Shown: piece by piece, positions 9,750 to 20,717 of the stretch | Layout of the letters: every line of letters begins with the position of its first letter | Position numbering within the stretch: position 1 is the first letter of the stretch | Origin: Acidiferrobacterales bacterium | GTDB lineage: Bacteria > Pseudomonadota > Gammaproteobacteria > Acidiferrobacterales > JAJDNE01 | NCBI GenBank assembly: GCA_048060695.1 | Contig: JBGMQT010000002.1 | Span: 5,263 to 69,262 of the forward strand | Reading direction: 5' to 3' | DNA length: 64,000 nucleotides | The notes under the pieces: generated by a model | Databases searched by the model: none | What the model saw: only the letters and a program-made list of their open reading frames with translations | What the model was told of the DNA's origin: nothing | Translations under genes and position numbers: made by a program

Positions 9750-10469
9750 CTATCTGCTGCGCATGTCTTTAGTGCTGTACTGCTTATAGCCTTTCGGCAG
9801 GACAAATAATTTCTTGTCGACCTTCTCACCGGACTTATAATTCACCAATTGTCTTGATCGCCCCAGGTAATCATTAGCCCGCACCGGAAACCCGAACTTC
9901 AGATAACGTGCAGGATCAAAAATGTTGTTTACCCGGTCACAATCCGAAGCGGTTTGAAGAGGCACGTAATCATTAAAGTCAGCTTGCTCTACAGCAAGTG
10001 TTTCCTGAAACTCGACCATGGCTTTGACTGCTCCGGGTAGAAGACCCTTGGCGGCGAACAGGTCGTAGCACTGCTTCTCGTTGGTATATAGACGATAGTG
10101 GGTAACAGGCTTGTTACCGATAGGCGGCACTGAATCTTTCAATTTCTCAACCCTGTTCTTGAGAGAGTCCGGCATTTTCAGGGAAGTTTTGCGCCACTTA
10201 ATCACCAGAGTATGTTTGTCCATTGAGCTGGTGCTGTAGATGATGCGCTTTTTTCGATCGAAAAGAATAAAGTCAGTGCTACCCTCCCCATCATCAAATC
10301 GTATGTATTCTGATGTGATAATCATGCGAGTATGATATTCATCGGTACCCGCCTCCTTATCCTGGTAATGGACCACGGTTGCATTATCGCCCACAGAACC
10401 TGCGGCTGACGCGATTGCCGAAAATATTAGTATCAACCCGAATATTATTTTGTTTACCATCTGAACCAC
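9750..10469 (-). CDS. Hypothetical secreted/periplasmic protein
   Basis: 239 aa with a signal peptide (NKIIFGLILIFSAIASA-AG). I recognise no family. The GTG start has AGAGG 4 nt upstream. Confidence 0.6.
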   Translation of the reverse strand: MVQMVNKIIFGLILIFSAIASAAGSVGDNATVVHYQDKEAGTDEYHTRMIITSEYIRFDDGEGSTDFILFDRKKRIIYSTSSMDKHTLVIKWRKTSLKMPDSLKNRVEKLKDSVPPIGNKPVTHYRLYTNEKQCYDLFAAKGLLPGAVKAMVEFQETLAVEQADFNDYVPLQTASDCDRVNNIFDPARYLKFGFPVRANDYLGRSRQLVNYKSGEKVDKKLFVLPKGYKQYSTKDMRSR

Positions 10470-10481
10470 TCAACCTCTTAT

Positions 10482-11696
10482 CTAAATAGTTAATCCTATT
10501 ACAAGATCCATCACATTGGTCCCGGTCGGTCCCGTCGTAATGAGATCACCGCTCGCTTCCAGAAACGACCCGGCATCGGCCGATTCAAGCATCTGCGCTG
10601 CATCAAATCCTGCTGCCCTGCCTCGTTGCACGGTATGGTCATCGACCAGAGCCCCGGCATCATCACCCGGACCGTCACTTCCGTCGGTGCCGACAGCGAG
10701 CAAGTATTGACCAGATGTGCCCTCCAATGCAATTGCCGCTGCCAGTGCGAGGCTCTGGCAGCGCCCGCCACGCCCCGTTTCAGGCGGCAATTGCACGGTA
10801 GTCTCACCACCCCATAGGCTCACCTGACCGGGCCGGGATGTCTTCATCACCGCGGCAAGTTGCGATCCGGCGAGCAGCGCATCGCCCGCCAGGAGTGCCT
10901 CATGCAATGTTACTTCGTAGCCATCCGATCGCGCGGCTTTCGCCGCTGCCAAACGCGCGTCTTCTACGGTTGCGATGATGTCGGTCTGCACATGGTCAAA
11001 GCCGGCGGGTGACACCGCATCCGGTGTCCGATTGATTAATTCAAGAACCCATGTGGGCAAGGTTTCAGGGGGAACAAAATCACCGGGTGCTGCCAGTGGC
11101 CCTGAACCGATACTGTGCGGGTTATTACCCGGTACATCCGATATTGTCAGACAAATTACCGAATGTGGCGCCAGTTTTTGTGCAAGCCGGCCTGCCTTTA
11201 TCATTGATACACGCTTGCGTAATTCGTTCGCGATGACGATATTTGTACCGCTAGCCAGTAACCATTTATTTAGCTGTCGCAAGTGGGCCAATCCAATACC
11301 GGGGGCCAATACCTCGACCAGACTGGATGCGCCTCCGGATAGCAGGAACAACACCTCGTTTTCTTTTGGTAATCTGTCGATGAAAACCAGCATGGCGTTA
11401 CCGGCATCGAGGCTGGCCTGATCAGGCATGGGATGACCGGCTGTCAACACCGGCCAGGGCAGTGGCCCTTCGTGCCCGTGCTTGGTTACAACGAAACCTG
11501 CTTCGATCCGGTCACCCAACACATCATGCGCACCCTGCGCCATTGCCACCGCCGCCTTGCCAATAGCGATGAGCGATATGGGTGCTTGAAAGGTTCGTCT
11601 GGCAACGGCAGATCTGACACACTGGCGCCCATCCACTGCATCGAGCGCGGCGGTGAACCAACCCAGTAGCAGATCGCGCGGATCAACAGATCGCAT
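10482..11696 (-). CDS. Glycerate 2-kinase / hydroxypyruvate reductase-like protein (DUF4147 + MOFRL, TtuD type)
   Basis: About 404 aa. The layout (IAIGKAA..., LLSGGASSL, C-terminal GTDGSDGP...TGPTGTNVMD) is typical of class II glycerate kinases. I used the ATG one codon inside the track's TTG. Confidence 0.8.
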   Translation of the reverse strand: MRSVDPRDLLLGWFTAALDAVDGRQCVRSAVARRTFQAPISLIAIGKAAVAMAQGAHDVLGDRIEAGFVVTKHGHEGPLPWPVLTAGHPMPDQASLDAGNAMLVFIDRLPKENEVLFLLSGGASSLVEVLAPGIGLAHLRQLNKWLLASGTNIVIANELRKRVSMIKAGRLAQKLAPHSVICLTISDVPGNNPHSIGSGPLAAPGDFVPPETLPTWVLELINRTPDAVSPAGFDHVQTDIIATVEDARLAAAKAARSDGYEVTLHEALLAGDALLAGSQLAAVMKTSRPGQVSLWGGETTVQLPPETGRGGRCQSLALAAAIALEGTSGQYLLAVGTDGSDGPGDDAGALVDDHTVQRGRAAGFDAAQMLESADAGSFLEASGDLITTGPTGTNVMDLVIGLTI

Positions 11697-12876
11697 CAAA
11701 ACCGTTTTGCAGATCTTTCTTCAAATCCTCCACGTCTTCCAGACCAACAGCAACACGAATCAGGTTTTCACCAATTCCCGCTTCCGTCCGTTGTTCGGGT
11801 GTCAGTCTTCCATGGGTCGTGGTCGCCGGATGCGTAATAGTGGATTTAGCATCGCCCAGATTGGCGGTAATGGAAATCAGGCGAGTCGCATCAATGAAGG
11901 CCCATGCGTTTTCCCGCTGCCCCTCGATCTCAAACGCCAGCAATCCACCAAAATCAGATTGCTGTTGTGACGCGAGTCTATGTTGTGGATGAGAGGCCAG
12001 ACCCGGGTAATATACCTTTGTCACCAGGGACTGATGTTCCAGCCAGTGGGCCAGTACCAGCGCGCTTTTACTGTGGCCTGTCATGCGCAGTGACAGGGTT
12101 TCCAGCCCCTTGAGAAACACCCAGGCATTAAATGGACTGAGGCTGGGACCGGCGGTACGCAAAAAACCGTAGACCTCCTTGCCGACCAGTTCATTATCGC
12201 CAACCACGGCGCCGCCAAGACAACGGCCCTGACCGTCGATGTATTTTGTTGCCGACAGAATAGAAATATCGGCGCCTAACGCCAGTGGTTTCTGCAAGGC
12301 GGGTGTGCACAAAGTATTATCCACCACCAGCAGGCAATCGTGCTTGTGTGCGAGATCGGCGAGCGCACGGATATCGGCAATCTCTGACAGTGGATTCGAC
12401 GGTGTTTCCAGAAAAAGCAAACCTGTCTCGGATCTGATTGCATTTTCCCACGCCGCCAGGTCCGTCAACGGCACTGAGGTGGTATCAACACCAAATTTGC
12501 CAAAAAAGTTACTGAATAGCAGCGTGGTGGTACCAAAGATGCCCCGGGACGCGACAATGTGGTCTCCCATCTTCAGTAATGCCATGCAGGTCGCAAGAAT
12601 GGCAACCATTCCCGATGAGGTGGCAACGCAAGACTCACCCCCCTCCATCACCGCCAGTCGTTGCTCAAAGATACGCACGGTAGGGTTGGTGAAGCGGGAA
12701 TAGATATTACCGGGCTCGTCACCCTTGAATCGTGCCGCAGCCTGGGCCGCCGATTCAAACACATAACTCGAAGTCGGGAAGATGGCTTCGCTCTGTTCAC
12801 CTTCCGCCGTTCTCGTGTGTCCGGCGCGTACGGCCTGGGTGGCAAGTTGCCATTGGGAAAAGTCATCGCGGGACAT
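11683..12876 (-). CDS. metZ: O-succinylhomoserine sulfhydrylase (Cys/Met-metabolism PLP enzyme)
   Basis: It carries the PLP-lysine motif SATKYIDGQG. It is adjacent to purF, as I recall for Pseudomonas. I set the start to the ATG at 12876, which has an AGGAG SD 9 nt upstream. Confidence 0.88.
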   Translation of the reverse strand: MSRDDFSQWQLATQAVRAGHTRTAEGEQSEAIFPTSSYVFESAAQAAARFKGDEPGNIYSRFTNPTVRIFEQRLAVMEGGESCVATSSGMVAILATCMALLKMGDHIVASRGIFGTTTLLFSNFFGKFGVDTTSVPLTDLAAWENAIRSETGLLFLETPSNPLSEIADIRALADLAHKHDCLLVVDNTLCTPALQKPLALGADISILSATKYIDGQGRCLGGAVVGDNELVGKEVYGFLRTAGPSLSPFNAWVFLKGLETLSLRMTGHSKSALVLAHWLEHQSLVTKVYYPGLASHPQHRLASQQQSDFGGLLAFEIEGQRENAWAFIDATRLISITANLGDAKSTITHPATTTHGRLTPEQRTEAGIGENLIRVAVGLEDVEDLKKDLQNGFDAIC

Positions 12877-12922
12877 TTTTGGCGTCTCCTGTCTGTTCAT
12901 CGATGCATAAACAACAGGCACG

Positions 12923-12969
12923 AAAAAACCCGCTGTTCAGAATCTATAAAGATACGACCAAAGCGGGTT
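12923..12969 (-). terminator. Hairpin + U-run downstream of purF / upstream of metZ
   Basis: Minus strand reads AACCCGCU, a 27-nt loop, AGCGGGUU, then UUUUCG. It ends 47 nt before the metZ ATG. Confidence 0.6.
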
Positions 12970-13097
12970 AACGCTCGCTTTAGCAGTATTTATTTGTGGC
13001 GCCCGCAAGCTGATTTCTCAAATCGGCGCCATTAATTCAACCCTAATAGACACATCGCTGGCTGTCAACAACGCGGCGGAAAATGCGGCCACAGGGT

Positions 13098-14612
13098 TTA
13101 TTGCGGATAGGTATGGGGTTCGGTGAATGCCAGATCATTTTTCGTATTCTTGCCCTTGGCGCCGTCGGCACGGCGTGCCTCAACACGATCGAGGTAGTCG
13201 CGATGCACGTCACCCGTCGGGTAAACACCGTTAAAACAGGATGCATCAAATTCGGTAATATTGGGATTGCCTTCACGGGCGGCTTCTATCAGGTCTTCCA
13301 GATCCTGGTAGATCAGGGCGTCGGCGCCGATCTCGGCCGCAATTTCCTGGTCCTTGCGACCGCTGGCTATCAGTTCATGCACCGAGGGCATGTCGATCCC
13401 GTAAACGTTGGGGTAACGCACCGGTGGTGCCGCCGAGGCAAAATAAACTTTCCTGGCCCCCGCCTCACGCGCCATCTGGATGATCTGTTTCGAGGTGGTG
13501 CCCCGCACGATAGAGTCATCCACCAGCAATACATTTTTGTCTTTGAACTCCAGATCAATGGCATTCAGCTTCTGCCGTACCGACTTCTTACGCTCCGCCT
13601 GACCGGGCATGATAAAGGTACGACCAATGTAACGATTCTTGATGAATCCCTCGCGATATTTCAGGTCGAGTTCATACGCCATTTGCAATGCAGCCGTACG
13701 GCTGGTATCGGGAATCGGGATAACCACATCAATTTCCTTGTCGGCCCACTCGCGTTTGATTTTCGCAGCCAGCTTTTCACCCATGCGTAAACGAGTCTTG
13801 TGCACTGCGATACCGTCGATTATGGAGTCGGGTCGGGCCATATAGACATACTCGAAAATGCAGGGGACATGTCTGGCGTTGGGTGCACAGCTTCGGGTGC
13901 TGACATGGCCATCGACATCGACAAACATGGCCTCACCGGGCGCAATGTCATTTATCAGCTTGAAGCCCAGCACATCCAGCGCCACACTTTCGGATGCGAT
14001 CATGTGTTCGGTGCCCTGGTCGGTTTCACGGCGACCATAAACCAGCGGACGAATACCAAGGGGGTCACGGAATGCCAGGATACCAGTACCCATAATCATG
14101 GCCGTAACGGCATAAGCCCCGCGACAACGGCGATGCACGCCTTCAACGGCACGAAAAATATCGTCTGCGGTCGGGCGCAATTTATCCTGCGCGGCCAGCT
14201 CGTGGGCCAACACATTGAGCAAAACTTCGGAGTCAGAATCGGTATTGATATGGCGCAGGTCTTCGCGAAAAATTTCTTCTTTCAGCTCATCGACATTGGT
14301 GAGGTTACCATTGTGCCCCAACGCCAGGCCAAAAGGGGAATTGACATAAAACGGTTGCGCTTCGGCAGCCGAATCACAGCCAGCGGTGGGATAGCGCACG
14401 TGACCGATACCCATATTACCTTTCAGATTCAACATGTGCTCGACATTGAACACATCGCGCACCAGACCATTTTCCTTGCGCAGGTAAACCCTTTCACCGT
14501 CACTGGTAATAATACCGGCGGAGTCCTGCCCGCGGTGTTGCAAGACGGTCAAACCCTCATAAATAGACTGGTTGACCGGACCTTTTGCAAGGATACCGAT
14601 AATGCCGCACAT
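13098..14612 (-). CDS. purF: Amidophosphoribosyltransferase
   Basis: 504 aa with the MCGIIGI N-terminal Cys nucleophile and the PRPP motif [13 protein letters not shown]. Confidence 0.97.
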   Translation of the reverse strand: MCGIIGILAKGPVNQSIYEGLTVLQHRGQDSAGIITSDGERVYLRKENGLVRDVFNVEHMLNLKGNMGIGHVRYPTAGCDSAAEAQPFYVNSPFGLALGHNGNLTNVDELKEEIFREDLRHINTDSDSEVLLNVLAHELAAQDKLRPTADDIFRAVEGVHRRCRGAYAVTAMIMGTGILAFRDPLGIRPLVYGRRETDQGTEHMIASESVALDVLGFKLINDIAPGEAMFVDVDGHVSTRSCAPNARHVPCIFEYVYMARPDSIIDGIAVHKTRLRMGEKLAAKIKREWADKEIDVVIPIPDTSRTAALQMAYELDLKYREGFIKNRYIGRTFIMPGQAERKKSVRQKLNAIDLEFKDKNVLLVDDSIVRGTTSKQIIQMAREAGARKVYFASAAPPVRYPNVYGIDMPSVHELIASGRKDQEIAAEIGADALIYQDLEDLIEAAREGNPNITEFDASCFNGVYPTGDVHRDYLDRVEARRADGAKGKNTKNDLAFTEPHTYPQ

Positions 14613-14663
14613 GACGTTTAATCCTCAAACTCTCAGACAGGGGGTGCCCACCCCGGGGAGTAG

Positions 14664-15158
14664 TTAATTATAGCGGATGTGGCTCGCTACATCTTTGGGC
14701 AAAAATTTACTCACCCTGGTTGCCAAATTGACCAGATACGGGACAAACAAGGATTCCTTCCACCATTTTTTGGCCGGTGCTGCTGTCAGACCAAGCAACA
14801 GCACCACAATCATAATGATAAATATGCCCTTGGTGGCCCCGACCACACCGCCAAAAATATAGTTGGGTATCTTCAGCCAGGGTCGTGAAACCAGCATGTT
14901 GTGAAGCATATGGATGGCGACGGTGCTGCCAATAAACAAGGCCAGGAACAGGGTAACAAATCCCACCACCAGTCGAACCGTGGCATCACCAATGCTGGAA
15001 CGAAACAGGTTGGCAACATTGTCAGCAAACAACCAGGACAATCCACCTGCCAGTACCCACTTTCCTAATGACAACACTTCGCGCACCAGACCCGCCCGAA
15101 CACCCATGGAAGTGTAGAAAAAGAAAATAACAGCAATAGTAAAATCAAGAATATTCAT
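14664..15158 (-). CDS. cvpA: CvpA family membrane protein
   Basis: 164 aa with 4 TM segments, in the conserved position upstream of purF. Confidence 0.85.
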   Translation of the reverse strand: MNILDFTIAVIFFFYTSMGVRAGLVREVLSLGKWVLAGGLSWLFADNVANLFRSSIGDATVRLVVGFVTLFLALFIGSTVAIHMLHNMLVSRPWLKIPNYIFGGVVGATKGIFIIMIVVLLLGLTAAPAKKWWKESLFVPYLVNLATRVSKFLPKDVASHIRYN

Positions 15159-15211
15159 GGGTTTGGATCATGCGTGGCAGCTATTACTGCGAAAACCAGG
15201 TTGCCGGACAG

Positions 15212-15859
15212 CTAATTCTGCGCCAGTACAACCCCCTTGATACCGTTTTTTGTTTCTATTTGATCACGGGCAGTTGTGGCACTTTTGCGGCTGGTATACG
15301 GACCGACGCGGACCCGTACAGCACGGCCACCTTTCAGGGTTACCGTCTTCGTCACCACCCGGTATTGCTGAGAGGTTAACTTCTTGTCAAGGCGTCGGGC
15401 ATTAGCAGGGTCGGAGAACGTGCCTACCTGTACCATCCAGAGCTTGCCGCCGACGGTGGTTACTTTTTTTGTGACAGGGACAGCTTTTTTTACGGGTGCG
15501 GTCTTTGCGGACGTTGTTGGCTTTGCAGCGAAGGGTTTAACAGCTGTTGGCCGACCCGAATCTTTTGTCTTTGCAGTTTTCTTTACCCGGGGTTTGGGCG
15601 CCAGTGGATTGGTCACGGCTTTTGTTTTTACCGGTTTCTTCACCGGTAGTGGCGCGATCACTTTCTGAGGTGGCACTGTTGTCACCACCACGCGTGTATT
15701 GGGTTCAGCCGTCGCAGTCATTTCTCCAGGATCAAAACGCTGAGGTTTATCATTTAGCACCACGGAGAATAAAATAAACCCAAGCGCCACAAGGACAATG
15801 GCACCGAGGATACGGTGCCGGGGCTCAAAATCGGTTTCAGCTTCTTGTCGACTGGCCAT
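15212..15859 (-). CDS. SPOR-domain cell-division protein (DedD-like)
   Basis: 215 aa with an N-terminal TM segment, a Pro/Lys/Thr-rich linker and a C-terminal SPOR-like WMVQVGTFSDPANARRL. It occupies the folC-dedD-cvpA position. Confidence 0.8.
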   Translation of the reverse strand: MASRQEAETDFEPRHRILGAIVLVALGFILFSVVLNDKPQRFDPGEMTATAEPNTRVVVTTVPPQKVIAPLPVKKPVKTKAVTNPLAPKPRVKKTAKTKDSGRPTAVKPFAAKPTTSAKTAPVKKAVPVTKKVTTVGGKLWMVQVGTFSDPANARRLDKKLTSQQYRVVTKTVTLKGGRAVRVRVGPYTSRKSATTARDQIETKNGIKGVVLAQN

Positions 15860-15869
15860 GAATGCGTCT

Positions 15870-17216
15870 TCAGATAAGTTCCCGCATTATAACACCGACA
15901 CCGATAAAAGAACCAAAGACGAGAATGCGATCAACTGGCCTGGCGGTATGTTGTGCCGCTGACAGCGCCGACTTGATATCGTTGAACTTTCTTACCACGG
16001 ATTGCGGCTCTAGTTGTACCAGTATGTTCTCCAGCTCATTTGCCCTGGCGCCCCGGGGTGGCGGCAAATCGGCAAGGTGCCAGATGTTCACCATGCTCAT
16101 CAACGGACGCAGGCTGTCTGTCAGTGCCTTATCCGCCAACATACCCACAACGGCAATGGTTCTGCCGTCATTGGCATCGTCCTCGAGAAATATAGCCAAC
16201 TCGCGCGTGGCATCGGGATTGTGGGCAACATCCAGTAGAATCTGCGGTGATGTTGCGACCTGTTGGTAGCGACCCGGCAGCGAAACCCGCTCCAGACCCT
16301 GTGCCATTGCCTTTGCTGTTACCGGCAGTCGGTCATCAAGACAAGACACTGTCATTAATGCCGTAGCCGCATTGTTCAGCTGAACCCTGCCTCGCAACCG
16401 GGGCGGCGGTAACTTCTCAATATTTCCGGTTGGGCTGGTAAAACAGCATCGGTCGTCTTCACAACTAAACGCAAAATCTCGACCGCGTAGATAGAAGCGG
16501 GTATCGAGATCACTCGCGGTGTTACGTAAACTACGGGGTGGCTTGGCATCACCACACACCGCTGGCTTGCCGGCACGGAAAATTCCGGCCTTTTCCCGAC
16601 CGATCAGTTCCCGGGTCTCGCCCAACCACTCGCTATGATCTATACCTACGCTGGTTACCACAGCGACATCACTATCAAACGCATTGACCGCATCCAGCCG
16701 GCCCCCCAGGCCCACTTCAAGAATCGCTACATCGACATCGTTTCGCTGAAAAATATCCATGGCTGCCAGCGTGCCATATTCGAAATAAGTGAGCTTGACT
16801 CCTTCACAGGCCGCATCAACATGCTCGAAACCCGCAACCAGCGTTTCGTCCGTCACGCCACTACCGTTGAGCCGGACACGCTCTCGGTAGTGCATTAAGT
16901 GGGGTGAGGTATATGCGGCGACAGAATAACCAGCGGCGAGATAAACGGATTCCAGCATGGCGACAACAGATCCTTTTCCGTTAGTCCCGCCGACAGCTAT
17001 CACCGGAATTGAAAGCGATATCAAGCCCATGCGCTTCTGAACCTGGCGCAGACGATTCAGGCCCAGTTTGATAGTGGCAGGGTGTCGGCTCTCGATGTGG
17101 TCGAGCCAATCGGAAAGGGATTTCTGTTTCAGCTTTCTTCCGGCGCCGCCCCATGGGGGGCGGGGGCGGGCGTAGGGGTTTCTGGCGCCTGAGAAATTGT
17201 CTTTGATTTGCCACAA
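15870..17216 (-). CDS. folC: Bifunctional folylpolyglutamate synthase / dihydrofolate synthase
   Basis: It carries the GTNGKGS P-loop and the conserved N-terminal [18 protein letters not shown]. The start is uncertain. The only in-frame ATG/GTG/TTG upstream of the conserved N-terminus is the TTG at 17216, which gives an 88-nt overlap with accD. Confidence 0.88.
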   Translation of the reverse strand: MWQIKDNFSGARNPYARPRPPWGGAGRKLKQKSLSDWLDHIESRHPATIKLGLNRLRQVQKRMGLISLSIPVIAVGGTNGKGSVVAMLESVYLAAGYSVAAYTSPHLMHYRERVRLNGSGVTDETLVAGFEHVDAACEGVKLTYFEYGTLAAMDIFQRNDVDVAILEVGLGGRLDAVNAFDSDVAVVTSVGIDHSEWLGETRELIGREKAGIFRAGKPAVCGDAKPPRSLRNTASDLDTRFYLRGRDFAFSCEDDRCCFTSPTGNIEKLPPPRLRGRVQLNNAATALMTVSCLDDRLPVTAKAMAQGLERVSLPGRYQQVATSPQILLDVAHNPDATRELAIFLEDDANDGRTIAVVGMLADKALTDSLRPLMSMVNIWHLADLPPPRGARANELENILVQLEPQSVVRKFNDIKSALSAAQHTARPVDRILVFGSFIGVGVIMRELI

Positions 17217-18061
17217 CTGTCCATGAGCATGGACAACAGATTGCCGATTCTGTCGCGAATTTCGCGTCGGTCGACAATCATATCGATGGCGCCGTGCTCC
17301 AGCAGAAATTCGGAACGCTGGAATCCCTCTGGCAAGGTTTCACGGACAGTCTGCTCAATCACCCGGGGTCCGGCGAACCCGATTAGTGCTTTGGGTTCCG
17401 CAATAATAATATCGCCGAGCATGGCGAAGCTGGCTGACACACCGCCCATGGTGGGGTCAGTTAGCACCGAGATAAAGGGAATGCCTTGTTCTCCCATGCG
17501 TGCCAGCGCCGCGCTGGTCTTTGACATTTGCATTAATGATAACAACGCTTCCTGCATTCGCGCTCCACCACTGGCGGAAAAACATACGAAGGGAATATCC
17601 TCTTCGAGACAGACGTTGACCGCTCGTACGAAGCGCTCACCGACCACCGAACCCATGGAACCCCCCATAAAAGAAAATTCAAACGCGCCTGCCACTAATG
17701 GCTGATTTTTTACCTTTCCCTTGAGAATGACCAACGCATCATGTTCGCCAGTTTTTTTCTGCGCATCGGAGATACGGTCTTTGTACTTTTTGCTGTCCTT
17801 GAATTTCAGCAGATCGACGGGGTATAACGATTCACCGATTTCTTGCCGTAGCTCTGGATCCAGAAACAGATCCAGACGCCGACGCGCGCCGATACGCATG
17901 TGGTGGCTGCACTTGGGGCAGACATTCATATTGTTCTCAATTTCGACGCAATAGAGCACGGCCGAACACGACGGGCACTTCTTCCACAGGCCTTCCGGGA
18001 TGGATTTCTTGGTACCCTGACTCTTGATCTTGGGCGGCAACAGTTTGTCGAACCAACTCAT
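17129..18061 (-). CDS. accD: Acetyl-CoA carboxylase carboxyltransferase beta subunit
   Basis: 310 aa with the N-terminal Zn ribbon CPSCSAVLY...CPKCSHH and a carboxyltransferase domain. Confidence 0.96.
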   Translation of the reverse strand: MSWFDKLLPPKIKSQGTKKSIPEGLWKKCPSCSAVLYCVEIENNMNVCPKCSHHMRIGARRRLDLFLDPELRQEIGESLYPVDLLKFKDSKKYKDRISDAQKKTGEHDALVILKGKVKNQPLVAGAFEFSFMGGSMGSVVGERFVRAVNVCLEEDIPFVCFSASGGARMQEALLSLMQMSKTSAALARMGEQGIPFISVLTDPTMGGVSASFAMLGDIIIAEPKALIGFAGPRVIEQTVRETLPEGFQRSEFLLEHGAIDMIVDRREIRDRIGNLLSMLMDSCGKSKTISQAPETPTPAPAPHGAAPEES

Positions 18062-18876
18062 GCCGTCACCACCTCTTTGTCCATTGCAGCTCGCAACGTA
18101 GCAAGGAATGCCGGTACCGTTTCGAGGATTTTATCCGGCTGGTCGGCGAGACTGGCTATGCGATTTACCAGCGCACTGCCAACAATCACAGCGTCGGCTA
18201 CCTCCGCCACTGCGGCAGCGGTTTCAGCATCCTTGATGCCAAAACCCACACCCAGCGGCAGTTCAACTTGCTTGCGTATCTCGTCCAGTTTACTTCTAAC
18301 CTCGTTTATATCCAGATGACCCGCACCCGTGACGCCTTTCAGCGATACATAATAAACGAATCCGCCAGCGACTGCTGCAACACGGGAAATACGCTTTGTC
18401 GTGCTGGTTGGCGCTAACAAAAACACCGGATCCAGGGCATGCGCTTTGAACGCAGCGAGGTAGTCTTCCGCTTCCTCCGGAGGCAGGTCCACGGTGATGA
18501 CACCATCCACGCCAGCTGCTGCTGCGTCACGGGCAAATACGTCGTACCCCATGACTTCAATGGGATTGAGATAGCCCATCAACACTACTGGTGTTTCCGC
18601 ATCTTTCTGTCGAAAGCTTTTCACCATAGCAAGGACGTCGCGCAGGCTGATATTATTCGCCAACGCCCTTTCACAGGCCCGTTGAATCGCCGGGCCCTCT
18701 GCCATAGGATCCGAAAACGGAATCCCGAGCTCGAGCACATCGGCACCGGCCGCGACCAGGGCGTGCATAAGCTTGACGGTTACGTCCGGTTGCGGGTCGC
18801 CCGCGGTAATAAACGGTATCAGTGCCTTACGTCCACTTTTCTGCAAGAACCCAAACCGTGTGGCAAGACGTGGCAT
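18058..18876 (-). CDS. trpA: Tryptophan synthase alpha chain
   Basis: 272 aa with a TrpA-like full length ([10 protein letters not shown]..., [14 protein letters not shown]). It shares an ATGA overlap with trpB. Confidence 0.96.
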   Translation of the reverse strand: MPRLATRFGFLQKSGRKALIPFITAGDPQPDVTVKLMHALVAAGADVLELGIPFSDPMAEGPAIQRACERALANNISLRDVLAMVKSFRQKDAETPVVLMGYLNPIEVMGYDVFARDAAAAGVDGVITVDLPPEEAEDYLAAFKAHALDPVFLLAPTSTTKRISRVAAVAGGFVYYVSLKGVTGAGHLDINEVRSKLDEIRKQVELPLGVGFGIKDAETAAAVAEVADAVIVGSALVNRIASLADQPDKILETVPAFLATLRAAMDKEVVTA

Positions 18877-20072
18877 CAGAATAATATTCCTTCCCTCGCG
18901 GCAACGGTATGTACATCCTTGTCGCCACGACCAGAGAGGTTAACGACAATAACCTTGTCCTTTCCCATCTCCGGCGCCAGTTTTTTTACCTGGGCCAGGG
19001 CGTGGCTCGACTCCAATGCCGGCATGATGCCTTCGGTGCGAGTCAGATCATGAAACGCGTCAAGCGCTTCTTCATCGGTGACGGAAACGTATTGTGCACG
19101 GCCTTCGTCTTTAAGCCATGCATGTTCGGGTCCCACCCCGGGATAATCGAGACCGGCGGATATGGAATGGGTCTCAATGATTTGCCCCTCTGGTGTCTCC
19201 ATCAAATACGTTCGATTGCCATGTAATACTCCCGGTTGGCCCGCACACAGGGGCGCAGCATGTCTTCCGGTTTCGATGCCGTCACCAGCCGCCTCGACTC
19301 CGATGAGCTGAACTGACTTGTCTTCGATGAAGGGATAAAACAGTCCCATAGCATTGGAGCCGCCACCGACACAAGCCACCAGTGCATCGGGCAATTTGCT
19401 CTCGACTTCCATCATCTGTTCGCGCGTCTCGATACCGATCACGGTCTGAAAATCGCGCACCATGGCAGGGTAAGGATGAGGACCGGCAACTGTTCCTATA
19501 ATATAAAAGGTGCTGTCAACATTGGTGACCCAATCGCGCATGGCTTCATTTAAAGCGTCCTTGAGTGTTTTTGATCCTGAGTTGACTGGCACAACCTCTG
19601 CGCCCAGCAATTTCATGCGATAAACATTAATCGCCTGACGTTCAATGTCTTCTGCACCCATGTAGACAACGCACTCGAAACCGAAACGCGCCGCCACCGT
19701 GGCGGATGCCACACCATGCTGGCCGGCACCGGTCTCGGCAATGATGCGTGTCTTGCCCATGCGTTTTGCCAGCAATGCCTGGCCCACTGTATTGTTAATC
19801 TTGTGAGCGCCGGTGTGGTTCAGGTCTTCACGCTTGAGATAGATACGAGCACCGCCAATTTTCTCGCTCCAACGCTCGGCAAAATATAGCGGCGACGGTC
19901 GACCGACAAAATGTTTGAGATCATGTTTAAACTCGCGCAGAAAATCCGGATCGGTTCGATACCGCTCGTAGGCCTGACGCAATTCGGCCAGGGGCTCCAT
20001 CAAGGTTTCGGCAACGAATATGCCACCATAGATACCAAAATGTCCGCGCTCGTCGGGTAGTGCGTAACTCAT
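18876..20072 (-). CDS. trpB: Tryptophan synthase beta chain
   Basis: 398 aa with the PLP-lysine motif HTGAHKINN. Confidence 0.97.
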   Translation of the reverse strand: MSYALPDERGHFGIYGGIFVAETLMEPLAELRQAYERYRTDPDFLREFKHDLKHFVGRPSPLYFAERWSEKIGGARIYLKREDLNHTGAHKINNTVGQALLAKRMGKTRIIAETGAGQHGVASATVAARFGFECVVYMGAEDIERQAINVYRMKLLGAEVVPVNSGSKTLKDALNEAMRDWVTNVDSTFYIIGTVAGPHPYPAMVRDFQTVIGIETREQMMEVESKLPDALVACVGGGSNAMGLFYPFIEDKSVQLIGVEAAGDGIETGRHAAPLCAGQPGVLHGNRTYLMETPEGQIIETHSISAGLDYPGVGPEHAWLKDEGRAQYVSVTDEEALDAFHDLTRTEGIMPALESSHALAQVKKLAPEMGKDKVIVVNLSGRGDKDVHTVAAREGILF

Positions 20073-20689
20073 GAAAACTGATTCACCTCTTTCATAAACG
20101 CCGCGATTTTGTCAGCGTCCTTGATTCCTTTACTGCTCTCCACGCCACTGCTGACATCGACTGCATACGGGCGCACTTGCCGTATGGCGTTGGCAACATT
20201 TTCTACGGTTAGACCACCCGCCAGAACCAATGGCTTGCCCGTATCCCGGGGCAATAAAGACCAATCAAAAATATTACCGCTGCCACCTTTGACGTCGGTG
20301 GACCAGGTATCGACCAGTAAACCCGTCGCAGTCGAATATCGCCTGGCCTGTTGGCGCAGATCCACTCTGTCACGCATGGCGATGGACTTGATATACGGTC
20401 GACCAAAACCGGTACAGAACTCAGGCGTCTCATCACCGTGGAATTGCAGCAAATCCAGCGACAATACCGCCAGAGTTTGCTCCACAAAACCTGCCTCGGC
20501 ATCCACAAACAGGCCTACTCGGGCCACAAATGGAGGGAGAGACCGGGAAATCGCCCGCGCTGACTCAACGGTGATATTGCGTGGGCTTGATTCATGGAAA
20601 ACAAATCCAACTGCGTCGGCACCATTAAGCACCGCCGCCATGGCGTCCTTGGTCCGAGTTATACCGCAAATCTTTGCCCGAATACGCAT
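20069..20689 (-). CDS. trpF: Phosphoribosylanthranilate isomerase
   Basis: 206 aa beginning [12 protein letters not shown], and coupled to trpB by a 4-nt overlap. Confidence 0.93.
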   Translation of the reverse strand: MRIRAKICGITRTKDAMAAVLNGADAVGFVFHESSPRNITVESARAISRSLPPFVARVGLFVDAEAGFVEQTLAVLSLDLLQFHGDETPEFCTGFGRPYIKSIAMRDRVDLRQQARRYSTATGLLVDTWSTDVKGGSGNIFDWSLLPRDTGKPLVLAGGLTVENVANAIRQVRPYAVDVSSGVESSKGIKDADKIAAFMKEVNQFS

Positions 20690-20717
20690 CCACAGGCCCT
20701 TTCAGAATCGGCGCAGC

